This document shows, piece by piece, positions 13,117-25,166 of a stretch of DNA of 64,000 nt. Each line of letters begins with the position of its first letter. Within the stretch, counting starts at the first letter, position 1. The DNA is from Atractiella rhizophila (taxonomy: Eukaryota): contig MU271191.1 in NCBI GenBank assembly GCA_021432655.1, positions 124,001-188,000 on the forward strand, given 5' to 3'. The notes under the pieces are model-generated. The model had not been told where the DNA came from. It worked only from the letters and a program-made list of their open reading frames with translations, and ran no database searches. A program made the translations under genes and the position numbers.

Positions 13117-14089
13117 TGATGTGTGTAGGCGACCAACACTATACGTCGAGTCTGCTAATGAAAAGTTTAATCCATTGTCCAAGGGGACGACAAACCTGAT
13201 TCTAAGTAGGACAAGTTCCGACAAGCTTGTGATCGTCGTGAAAAGGATGTGAAACAGCTATCTACGTGCGCAAGGTTTCCAACCCAGGTGAAATAGAATC
13301 ATACTTGATTTGTCGCTGAGGCAACTAGGTAAGTGTCTTGAGCTTCTTCTCAGTGCACATACACAACTCTAATTATCCGAGCTCTCCCTCCACGGTCACG
13401 CATGCTTTTGAGTACTGAGCCTGCGGTGTCGCTTTGGTTTGAGGTGTCCCATGTTGGAGAAGATGCACTCCAAGAAACCGGTATTGGGAACGATCAAAAG
13501 GATGCATATTGCAAAGGTGGAGAGTTAAGACAAACACCACGTTAATAATCGGAGTCGACATCCCTTTCATCCACTCAACCTCTCCTGCTCCACCGCATTC
13601 CTTCGTACCTTCTTGCAGCGTTACTTCACATTCACCGTTCATCTATGGCACCAATTTGTGCCCACAAAAAGGAAAAACACGAACAGAAACATCTTCACCG
13701 CAGTGTGCCATGTTCTGAAGATGCTGAAAGGATAGATAACACAATGCAACGAACGTCTTAAGTAGGAAACCTCATATCCTCATGTAGTCCACATTGAATG
13801 TCTTACACTGCCGAATCATTGCTCGTTCAATTAGGTGCCAATGGTGTGGGTGAGATTAGTATGGATAAGGCTGATAATCAAACTTAAAGAAATAAACCCA
13901 GCGCAAACAAAATATTGCTAGAACCAGAGCACAACAAGAGCACATCTGTCCTTTCTCGATTAGTGATCGTTATCCTCCCCAACTCTGGGACTAGAAACCA
14001 TGCTTGTATCAGCGGCATGGGTTGGGAACTCGCCGGCGCTTTCAGGTTGAATCATGAGCTCTCCATCGGTGGTTCGAATGAGCGCTCCA

Positions 14090-15850
14090 TCGTCTAGGAG
14101 GAACAGGATCCTCTCCGCCAAATTCAAGATTTCACCAGGACCGTAACAAGTGTGACCCATGAGCAATTTTCAGAATGAAAGGACAAACCTTCGTCATCGT
14201 CAATGTCTTGACGAGCAGTGCTTGCATCATCATCTACATCTCCATCGCTGCTCTGTGAATTCGTTTCATTCGGAGGGACAGAGACAATCGCAAGAGCATT
14301 AATCTGACGGAGGAGGGGTCATGAGTTTCGGATGCGTCGTTCCAGTGCTGGATCTATAACAAAGCGATGAGCGGATAAGATAGGCACTCTGGGCTACAAA
14401 GGACTGACCACCTGATTCGAGCGGCCGGACAATCATCCAAACAGCAATGTGTTGGAAGGTCGTGTATTTGTTTTCCAAAAAGCGGGTGAGGTGTCCGTGT
14501 AAACCGCCTTCAAGGTCGTCTCAGAAGGCATTAAAAGAATTGTATTCTTTCTCTGTAGGGAATCTCTTCAGCTGGCGCAGATTCGTTCTCAAATGGCACG
14601 CACCTTTGGAAGATAAATTGCCTATAGCAGCGGCAGTTGTTGCCTTGGACTTCCAGGCCGCTGCTTACTGTGAGAGAAATCAACACCTCTAGGATGCCCA
14701 TCTTTAGAAGATCACTGTTGATATCATCTGTGGGGTACATCCGCCAGCACAGCTTACCGCTCAAGTCCAAAACAGCTGCACAAGCCGTCATCTCAGACTG
14801 GACGCTAATCGGCACAGTTGAGGACAAGTTACTTGATTTTATCCATAGCCCCGGCTTCAACCATACCTGACTTGTTCTTCCCGCTCGACGCCGCGAGATT
14901 CTGGAGAGTGGAGATGGCATGACATTGTATCTCTTCGTTCTCGTCGTATGCCAGCAGATCGATGAGGAGATGAAGGAAGCCGGATTCAATGATGGAGAAC
15001 TCGTTCACGGGATGGATGGAGACACAGGTCGGAGAGGAGAATAAGAGGTAGGAACGATGATCGAAGGAGACGAAGAAGTGGAGGAAGGCCGCCAGATTTG
15101 ACAATCTCAGTTTGAGTTTTCTCTGTTGTGGATTCATAGGAGTTGAGAAGAGAATGAACGAACCATTCAGATGTGAGGTTTCAGAGCGTCAAAGCGGCTT
15201 GATACTGGACCTTAAGCGAAGGGCTGTCCATGAGGGTGATGAGATTCTGAACAAGCTTCGGCTTTGTATTCAATAACTTCTTTCGGTTGTTGGCTGTGAT
15301 GCACCAGTAAGAGAAAGGTTTTGGACAGGAGGAAAAGTAAGCCGGGCCATCAACAGCAAAGTTGGACAGAGCCGTTGTGCAGTAGTACTGGACGTCGGTG
15401 TCAGGAGAGCTGCAGGCTTACAAGGACAGATATTGCTACTGCATTGACGAGCTGTTGGCAATTCTCATCTGTTATAATTTCAGTGAACTCACATTCAGCA
15501 GACTGACGGAGAGAAATCACCGCTCTGTGTCCTGTTCAGGAGAGCACCAGTAGCATTCCGCTGGCCACACATGTCCTTGCTTTTTGCGTAAGAGGAAGAG
15601 AGCACCGGATCTTGCAATCCTAGTTTTATTCTCATCCGGAATGGTATCAGTCCGCAGCCGAAAAAGAATGGTGTGGCTGACCATGAGTTGCAAGGTTGGT
15701 GATGCACCACAGCATAGGACTTCGGTATTTGGACTGAGCATTTGACGAATGAGGGGCTGGAGACCGCCTAGTTGCACGATGAAGAGGTTGTTGTCCGCTG
15801 TCACGATATCGACGGCGAGTACGGTTCCCGAGAGGTTCCAACACATTCAA
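14090..15850 (-). pseudogene. VAC8: Vac8 armadillo-repeat protein pseudogene with introns retained
   Basis: [100 protein letters not shown]. Many frameshifts and stops. N-terminus not recognisable. Confidence 0.9.
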
Positions 15851-17238
15851 CGAACGGTAAGATTATGTGCCCAAAGAAAAGAAATCAGAAAGACCAACCG
15901 ATTGCGTAAATAAGTCCACCAGACAGAGAACGTCAAGAGTGACGATTGCTCCCAGCATGAAAGGCAAACTGCATGCTTCATCAAATGAGCGCGGAGTATA
16001 ACAGCAATCGCCAACGCACTGCTGGTTCTGCTGCGAATACTGCAAAAAGTCCACCTCTCATAACTAATGTCATCAGATAGACGTTCAAGCCACCATTGAT
16101 GATTTGGAAGCAGATAGGGCCTTTGGGAGCAGCGCGGTCATGCCCTCTAATGCAAGGGAGTTCCTGCCTGAACACATAAGTTCATGCTTTCAGACAAGAT
16201 GGCAAGGGAATTATAGGAGGCACAGCAGGCGCACTTGAAGGAGATTCATGGCAAATCTATGATGTCTTCTCTATTTGTTAGGTAGTTGAGTTAGGTATGT
16301 TTGGAGATGTAGACGTGAGGGACGAAGAGGAATACTGTCCCCCGTGAGGGTGCAAAGCCCGCAGCCCAACATGAACTGACAAACGGCACAAAGGACGCAA
16401 CAGCTTCCTATAAACATGGTGGGGCATTGCTATTGCAACAAGCATCGCATTCATTCGAACAAGTTTGCAACCCACATGGATTCATGTCTTGAGTGTTGAG
16501 GATCCTTCGCTTACCCGTGCTAATCTACCTACATCAACAGATTCCGCAAACATTGAACAATTGAGAAAAGGTTGAAGACAATCAGAACCTCGAAAATCGC
16601 CTCACCCAGATGGACTTATTGTTGAGTCTGATGGACGAGATAATCGCGCCACCTTCAACGGCAGACGAAGTGCTGGATCCTTTCTTTCTAGCAACAGTTG
16701 ACGCTATTGGGTTTCGCATCAGGGAAATCATGAAGGATTGGCGGGATTCTAAGCAAGAGGTGTGTCTTCATGTTGCTGGATCATGCGATTATTTTCAACA
16801 GGTTTCCAGCTAGCTCCAATACCGCACACGAGGGAAATGGGAAATGCTGCAGCTGCTCGAACAAGGTAGTGTCAGAAGACTCTTTAGACTCACCAGCTTA
16901 TCTTCCTGAACAGACGGACCTGTTATTCAACATGATCAAACTCTACACGCCACTGACAGGATATTCTCGGCTCGACTATCCGGCGAAAATGCTTCTCTGT
17001 TTCAGGTACATAATCTCTTCCTCTGTTTCCAGAGCAGTTGTCAACGTCAACATCATGATCCTATAGTCCTACATTTTTGGTGAGCTCCATTGCGAAGCTG
17101 TCCTCATCGTTGCTACACCGTGGGACTTTCGTATCTATGCCGATGAAACCATCTCGAGGCTTTTGCGACAAATCCAAGGTCAAGGAATTGAAGTCGCAGT
17201 TGCCGATGTCGCCAGCATGGCCACGATTGCGGCAACTA

Positions 17239-18583
17239 CTGTGTTGACACCAGAACCTTAACAGCTATGCTCAAAAAAATACCATAGATCCTTAACAGCG
17301 CGTCTCTGTACATCCAATAATAATTATATTTATCTCGGATAGCCCGGGAAACCTCACTATGCATCTTATTTCTCAACACACTGAAGTTCAGAAGAGAATC
17401 ACGTTCTTTTGCTCAGATACAGTGCTCCGACTGAGGAGTACTCGTTCTCGAAAAACTGAAACTTGAGCCAGCTCAGAGGGTCGTGATGACAGATGATGAT
17501 GGGTTGCGCACTTTCCTATTTAGGCAACAATCGATCCAGCATGTTCAACTCTCAGCCAATTCCATAAGCAATCCCCAACATTTCAACATGAGAGACCATC
17601 TATTATACTTTAGTGGTTATGTATTAATGATGTAAGTACTCTATTATCCTAATAATGTGAAATAACACTCAAATTAGATTCAGCTTAACCAGCTTCCGGA
17701 CATCCCATTGCCATTGAATCCATTGTGCATCCTAAGCTCTCAAGGAAGTATTGTGCGAAATTTGGCAATGGAGAACTGTGCTGTGTGGAGGAGATTAAAG
17801 TCATGGTGGTGCTACTGGGGTAGAATGGATGGTATTTGATGTTGAAGGCTCTGATGTGGTGAGTACGATTGCTGCATCGGTTCAGGGTCCTGTGTGTGAA
17901 AGAATGGTGTTTTTGCTGTTGGGACGGACAGTCCAAAGTTGACCAGTGACGGAATTTGTTTTGCTGAAGCACTGGCAGCGGCTGGATGGTCTGATGGACC
18001 GGCATGTCGTGCTACCATCTCAGTTAGCATGAGTTTCAAAGGATTGAGGGGAACACACCAGATTTCTGCTTCTGCTTCTGCCTCTGAGCTTCTTCCTTCT
18101 CTTTCCTCTTTGCTTCCCTTGCATTAGCTTTCTCCACTTTTCTCGTTCCTTCTCCGCTTTCTTCTGTGCCGTCTCCGCTTTCTTCCTAGCTGCCTCAGCT
18201 TTCTTCCTCTCTCCTTCCTTTGCCTTCTCCTCTGCTGCTTTTTCAACCTCTAACATTTTCTCCCAAGCATCTGAGCCACTCAACAATCGAGCTGTGGTAG
18301 TCAATTCAGTCTTCTTGGCAGATTTTGTCTTCGAAGCAACCGTGTGACACAACTGCCCAATCTCCCGGCCCATCATCACAACTGACGTCCTCAACCTCCC
18401 CTCTTCAAACTGAGTCCTCACGTGTGCGTTATCCAAAGCTGACAAGGCTCCATAGAGCAGCCTGGAGTCGCTTTTGATGGATAGCTGGATGATCTTACCA
18501 TGTTGATCACGGAAGACCGTACGAGGTTTTTTTTTTGGGTAGAAGTGAGCCGGATTGATGGGAGTGTGCAGGGTTACTGTTAG
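17239..18583 (-). mobile_element. Inverted, 5'-truncated copy of the pogo element's 3' 1345 bp (matches 21547-22891)
   Basis: Reverse-complement match including the right TIR, preceded by TA (17237-17238). ORFs 18020-18631, 17812-18039 and 17685-18005 mirror those at 21547-22445. Confidence 0.97.
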
Positions 18584-19376
18584 GTCAAGTTTGGTGGCCG
18601 GGCGGAAGTGAGTCGTCATCGCTCTCTTCATGATGTCTCCTCCTTAGATTGGTTTGAAAGATGGCATCTTTCAAACCAAACTCATGATTGCTTTTCACTT
18701 TCATTATCGGATCTGACAACGTGTTGCGGGGTTGGGGATAACAGAGGTACATCGAAAAGGCTGAATGCGAGGCTGGAACGAAGTATTTCACCGCTGCTTG
18801 GGAAGAAGGCTCTATCATGCTGAAGAAAGTGATGAAGGTCATTGAATATGAGGCGGGTCAAGAACGCTCCGCGATCAAGGACATTGTGGGTCATGTTTTC
18901 GTTCTAGTTGAGCAGGCAAGGCTGATACGCCAGTATATAGATCGAAAAATCGATCCAAGAAGGGTGGGATATCATCAAGCTCACAGTTACGGTCGTGAAT
19001 GGCTACAACATTCGCCCCAGTGCAGAACTGCAAATCCGTCTTGCTTACATTGTAAGTATGCTTTCTCCATTTGATATGTATATGCTGATTTGTTGGATAA
19101 GCGGTCTTTACGTGCCGGCCAACACGGTGACGTCACAACTAGGAATTTCTGGAATCAGGTCGATGCAAAGATGGCAGACGTGCGTAAGAGTTTGACAGCC
19201 ACGACGTGTGTATAGTTCTTTGGCTTTCATCTACCTGTTTATACTTACAAGATGTGCGAGGTTCTATTCAGAATGCTTAGCTTGGGACCAGGGCAAGTGG
19301 CCGGTTCAGCAAAGCTCAAGAGACTCCCTTCGAGATGTCGAGACTCTGGCTACTGGCGTCTGAGCATGAGCCTATA

Positions 19377-22300
19377 CTGTGTTGACACCAGAACCTTAAC
19401 AGACCCAGATCCTTAACACCACATATTAATGTCCCTCAAAATTCGCTCCAGCCCTTAGATATTCTGGATTCAAGATCTTCGCACCTGTGTGCAGATTTTG
19501 TCTCCAAACAGCGAGACCATTGCTTGTAATCTCTCAGGGATATCAATGAAAATGTAGTGTTTCATAAAATCTGTGTTTTTCAACTACCTATTTGCAATTA
19601 CTGGATTTTTTTCTTCGCAATCTCAAGAATTAGGTCAAGTCTTTCATATTCCAAACACCCTTAATGATCTTATTGCAAGTTGCTGAAAGACAGCCTGTTG
19701 AAGGCAATCCAACTTGAGGAGGCAAAGTGCGCAAAATGCGCAAATTAGAGTAAAGTGCGCAGCAGGACACGCTTTTGGGTCACATGCAAGCGGAACAACC
19801 GCGCAGTCTGTTTGATTGTCTTTGATTGTCTTCTTTGACACGACACGCCTTCCGTCGTTTCCTCACACTTCCCACCATCCTCCAAATGCCTCGTTGGAAG
19901 AAGAAAGGTCCGACAGAGGCTCAGGAGGTAGCTGCCCAGAGAGAAAAGGATTTTGTTGAGGCGGTAAATATTTATTGGGAAAGGAGAGAGGAGGCTAAGA
20001 GGGCAAATAACCCGAAGTGTGTCATCTCCTTCAGAGCGCTATTGCGCCAGTACTCCTATCCAAATGGCAAGGGAGGGATTGTTTTCATGAATTATGGTAC
20101 ACTGAGGCTGCGGTGTCAAGGAGGCTTAAGTCGCACCGAAAGTCATGAGCATCAGAGGCTGCTCAGTGCTGGAGAAGAAGATGCCCTTGTCAGCTGGCTT
20201 CGATGGGTTGGTGATTCCGGCCTACCTCTTCACCGGAGAGGCTTGAACTTAGTGGTCAAGAAGATTATTGGAAGAGTACCAGGGAAGAAGTGGTATCCCA
20301 GTTTCATGAAGCGGAAGAAAGTCGAAATTAAGACGTTCAGAGCAAATCCCTTAGATCCCAAACGTGCGAAGGCATTTAATCGGACAAATCTAAATTCTTA
20401 TTTTGATTTGATTGAGGAGACAATGCACAAGCATAAGATAAGATGGTGTGATGTTGCAAATATGGACGAGAAGGGATTGCAACTGGGAGCAGGTCGAAAG
20501 TTGGGGAAACGGCGTGTTATTGGTGCTGCTGAGAGGAAATCGGTATATCGGGCAAAGTCAGACAAGCTCGAGCTGGTTACACTTATTGAATGTGTCACTG
20601 CAGATGGGAATTCTCTGCCTCCGCTTTTTATCTTCTCCGGCAAGCGTTTTATGAAGAACTGGCTAGAGGGTTTGACAGAAGCGCAAAAGAATGGCATTTT
20701 GTACGCCTTTTTTGTCTTCAGCTTAAGTGCTTTTATGTATGCTCAGAATATCACTCTAGTGTCGGGATATCAGAGAATGGATGGACGGATGAGGTGCTAG
20801 GCTATCTATGGTTCACACTGGTTTACGTCCCTTTCGTCAAAAGTCAACCTGATCCAAAGCATCCTTGTCTTCTCATCCTTGACGGCCATGGTTCCCATGC
20901 ATCGGCACTCATTATTCGCTATGTCTGGGAAAACCTTCGCGACATTGTCAATATAATTTGTCTCCCTCCCCATACAACCCACAAATTGCAACCTCTCAAC
21001 GTTGGTGTGTTCGGGCCGATTGGAAAAGCTTGGAGCGACGTGACGGATGATATGTTGGAGGATGGTCATGAAGTCTCCAAGAGAAATCTTATCAAGAGGT
21101 ACTTACGATGGCATGATGAAGGAATGAAGGCTTCAACAATTGTCAGTGCTTGGGCAGCTACCGGACTCTTAGTCCATGACCACTCCGGAAGGGAATTTGT
21201 GAGTCGAAATCACTTTGCGGAAGCCGACTTTGCTCCTGCCCGTCAAACCTCGTCTAGAACACAGTTGCCAGATTGTATTCCTCCGGACCTCGAACTTGCC
21301 CTCACCAGCTCATCCAGCCATTCTGACAACGATGACGACTCTGATCACCCATCCAATCCAGAGGAACCTCCCACAATTGAGCATGGATTCTATCTCATTG
21401 ACCCAACAACCTGCCTCCCTTACGAACAAGCACCTACTCCTGTTACACTTCCGGCCTGCCCCCTACATCGATCCGAACCTCAAGCCAGCATTCCAGCACC
21501 CGACCCACCACAACCTCCACTGACCAATCCCCCAGCTCGGAGCTCTCTAACAGTAACCCTGTACACTCCCATCAATCCGGCTCACTTCTACCCAAAAAAA
21601 AAACCTCGTACGGTCTTCCGTGATCAACATGGTAAGATCATCCAGCTATCCATCAAAAGCGACTCCAGGCTGCTCTATGGAGCCTTGTCAGCTTTGGATA
21701 ACGCACACGTGAGGACTCAGTTTGAAGAGGGGAGGTTGAGGACGTCAGTTGTGATGATGGGCCGGGAGATTGGGCAGTTGTGTCACACGGTTGCTTCGAA
21801 GACAAAATCTGCCAAGAAGACTGAATTGACTACCACAGCTCGATTGTTGAGTGGCTCAGATGCTTGGGAGAAAATGTTAGAGGTTGAAAAAGCAGCAGAG
21901 GAGAAGGCAAAGGAAGGAGAGAGGAAGAAAGCTGAGGCAGCTAGGAAGAAAGCGGAGACGGCACAGAAGAAAGCGGAGAAGGAACGAGAAAAGTGGAGAA
22001 AGCTAATGCAAGGGAAGCAAAGAGGAAAGAGAAGGAAGAAGCTCAGAGGCAGAAGCAGAAGCAGAAATCTGGTGTGTTCCCCTCAATCCTTTGAAACTCA
22101 TGCTAACTGAGATGGTAGCACGACATGCCGGCCCATCAGACCATCCAGCCGCTGCCAGTGCTTCAGCAAAACAAATTCCGTCACTGGTCAACTTTGGACT
22201 GTCCGTCCCAACAGCAAAAACACCATTCTTTCACACACAGGACCCTGAACCGATGCAGCAATCGTACTCACCACATCAGAGCCTTCAACATCAAATACCA

Positions 22301-22891
22301 TCCATTCTACCCCAGTAGCACCACCATGACTTTAATCTCCTCCACACAGCACAGTTCTCCATTGCCAAATTTCGCACAATACTTCCCTGAGAGCTTAGGA
22401 TGCACAACGGATTCAATGGCAATGGGATGTCCGGAAGCTGGTTAAGCTGAATCTAATTTGAGTGTTATTTCACATTATTAGGATAATAGAGTACTTACAT
22501 CATTAATACATAACCACTAAAGTATAATAGATGGTCTCTCATGTTGAAATGTTGGGGATTGCTTATGGAATTGGCTGAGAGTTGAACATGCTGGATCGAT
22601 TGTTGCCTAAATAGGAAAGTGCGCAACCCATCATCATCTGTCATCACGACCCTCTGAGCTGGCTCAAGTTTCAGTTTTTCGAGAACGAGTACTCCTCAGT
22701 CGGAGCACTGTATCTGAGCAAAAGAACGTGATTCTCTTCTGAACTTCAGTGTGTTGAGAAATAAGATGCATAGTGAGGTTTCCCGGGCTATCCGAGATAA
22801 ATATAATTATTATTGGATGTACAGAGACGCGCTGTTAAGGATCTATGGTATTTTTTTGAGCATAGCTGTTAAGGTTCTGGTGTCAATACAG
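19377..22891 (+). mobile_element. pogo/Fot1-family DNA transposon, full length (3515 bp)
   Basis: 26-bp TIRs CTGT(G/A)TTGACACCAGAACCTTAACAG at 19377-19402 and 22866-22891. Internal AGATCCTTAACA repeat at both ends. TA on both sides. Confidence 0.95.
19886..22110 (+). CDS. pogo/Fot1 transposase (CENP-B-type HTH + DDE_1); third catalytic Asp replaced by Asn
   Basis: LLSAGEEDALVSW, NMDEKG, IECVTADG..LPPLFIF, intron ~20701-20759, SENGWTD, LILDGHGSH, LPPHTTHKLQPLNVGVF. Confidence 0.9.
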
Positions 22892-22893
22892 TA

Positions 22894-24244
22894 TAGGTAA
22901 CGTCTTTTCCCGTTTCGTTCTGCAAATGTCTCTCTCATTGATATATAGGGCAGCACGCTTCAAGCTCCTCAGTGGCCGATCCACGCTGTGCTCTTTCTCA
23001 GCTACTTCAAAAGTGATGCGGATGCATCTACCCTCTCGTATACCGGTATACAAAAGTCTGGCCATTATGCAATATAACAATCGCAATTGAGCCTTAAGGA
23101 CCATTAGCGCTTGAATCGTGTCCGGTTTGAGGCGTGCATGGCGGATCCCTATTGTGTCGCGTGCTCCGCTGAAGAGACGTTCGACAGCTACGGAACAGCC
23201 GTCATGTAAATCATTAGTCTTGTGAGCTTGCACTAACGTAATGAGAAGGGTGAATGTAATGAAAGACAGACCTGGAATAGAGAGGATATCCCTCGCCATC
23301 TGAGACCACTCCTTCAAATCTGTTTTCGACTGCAAACGATAAATCTCCAACGGATCCTCCGTCCAGTCCAATGGAGGAAGACTGAACCAAAGGTTTGGTT
23401 GCTGATCCTCATCCTCGTGAAACACCTTTGCTCGTTGATTTGCCTTCTGCATAAGCTTTGCTGAATATGTGAGTGGTGTTGCTGCAGAGGTTAGAACGTG
23501 CTTGTAAAGCCACGAAGTCGTCTAAGACAACAAGTAATTGAGTTAAAATCAGGATGAGAAGAGCAAGAGAAAACAACTGTACATAGTCTTTGTCCGGTCA
23601 TATGGTTGTAACGGCCGCCCTTAAGACTTCCAGCTCATCATAACCGGGAATGGTTGAATTTCTATGATGAAGAAAATATCGAGTCAACATTGGCACAGGG
23701 AGACGGCAGAATGGATAGACATACACCTCCTGTTCCCATTTCTTTCTCTCTCTCTCACTGATTGCCGTCCCTTCTTCGTTATTCCTACGCACCATGTCCA
23801 TCAATTTGATTTGTCTGGCTGGCTTTGATGGAGCCATATTGGAAGACTGACAATTAGACGATTCTGTCCAAAGGCATGGCACTCTTTTATCAATGGTCGG
23901 GATCAGGGAGGCACTGGTGGAACTAGTCAGCTCTTGTTCGGTGAGAATATTCTGGAGGTGGTTTGACTTACATTAGAAAGGCGCGTCATACACCGTGAAC
24001 ACAGAGAAATCTTCAATCTTCTAATCATACCAGGCACACTGCCGCACCAGCTAGCAGGCACAGTTGGAAGCTTGACGTATTGGCGGACGAAAACGGTAAT
24101 GCCTTCCTCTTGCCTGCCGCACGTTGTTAGGTCACGTCGAAGATGTGTGTGGTAGAGACGGGTTCCTTTGTGCTAGGCGCACGCCAAAAAAGACGGGAAC
24201 GTCGCACGGGTTCCGAACCCCTCCCGCCCCGTTGTGCATCCCTA
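22894..24244 (-). mobile_element. Internally deleted (Ds-like) hAT element; 3' terminus not found
   Basis: Ac-like terminus TAGGGATGCAC on the minus strand at 24244, with ACGGG subterminal motifs. A short N-terminal piece lies close to the C-terminal dimerisation domain (MARDILSIPG / SVAVERLFSGARDTIGIRHARLKPDTI); most of the catalytic core is absent. Confidence 0.8.
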
Positions 24245-24399
24245 CTGTCTCTGAAGGAAAAAAAAATAAATACATAGAGATATGGCTATGTTGAAACTTG
24301 AAATGTGATCGCACCTTCCGACATCAATACCCAATGTGTTTTCCTGTCAAGTCGCTTGAACGCAACGTATATGATGCCGTTGTTGCCCTGTATAACATG

Positions 24400-24939
24400 T
24401 ACTAACGATGAGTGAACATTAAAAAAGCGGAGGACAAAACACACACCTCGTATATACATCAAAAAATGCAATTCCACATTGCTTCGCCATTATCTATCGT
24501 ATTTTAGACGTGAGTAGCGCAAATGGGAGGCCTAAGATGTAGCTTCAACGACGTATAATGTATATTGGGAATGAGTGAACATTAAAAAAAGCGGAGGACA
24601 AAACACGCACCTCATATACATCAAAAAACGCAATTCCTCATTGCTTCGCTATTATCCATTGTTTTTTAGACGTGAGGGCGAGGAGCGATGGGCTTCGGGG
24701 CTAGATATTACTACGTATAATGCGTAATAAGAGTGAGCAAACATCAAAAAGCGAAGGAAAAAATACACACCCTATATATGTCAAACATATGATTCCATAT
24801 TACTTCGCCATTATCCATTGTATCTCAGGCGTGAGTACATCGAATGCGAGGCCGGAGAGCTAGCTATCACGATGTATAAGGATTATTAGCATTGAGGGGA
24901 TATTAACAAAGCAGAGCATCAACTCACATTATATTTACA
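24400..24939. repeat. Degenerate tandem repeat, ~160-bp unit, 3 copies plus a partial fourth
   Basis: TGAGTGAACATTAAAAAAGCGGAGGACAAAACAC...CTTCGCCATTATC...CGTGAG recurs at ~24409, ~24572 and ~24733. A partial unit at ~24892 ends at the Helitron junction. Confidence 0.85.
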
Positions 24940-24951
24940 CAAGTGTGTCAG

Positions 24952-25119
24952 TGCCCTCGTCCCTCGGGCATCTCCCCCCGCCAGGGGCTTCGCCCCTTGG
25001 ACCCAGCCTCTGGCAGCCACTGCGTGGGGCATCGCCTTCGGCGAGCACAGACTCACCATATGTACTCTACTCTTTTCAAAAAACAATGAAAAGCTGAGTG
25101 GCCTCCTCGTACCTCGGAG
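24952..25119 (-). terminator. Cluster of four stem-loops at the Helitron 3' end
   Basis: 24952-24970 TGCCC/GGGCA; 24983-24997 AGGGGC-TTC-GCCCCT; 25032-25044 TCGCC-TTC-GGCGA; 25103-25119 CTCC/GGAG. Confidence 0.75.
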
Positions 25120-25166
25120 AACCACTTCAGCTTTGACTGTACTGTTAGGAACATGCTGAGAGATGA

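Noticed and set aside
22397..22410. TAGGATGCACAACGG resembling the hAT terminus at 24244
   Set aside because: It lies inside the pogo element, is also present (with one substitution) in its duplicate, and has no TSD or subterminal repeats. Probably chance.
19373..22895. Possible 4-bp TATA TSD for the pogo element
   Set aside because: The other TIR copy at 17239 is preceded by ACTA, so TA is the simpler TSD.
24400..24939. CRISPR-like array
   Set aside because: Whole units are homologous with no unique spacers, the context is eukaryotic, and there are no cas genes.
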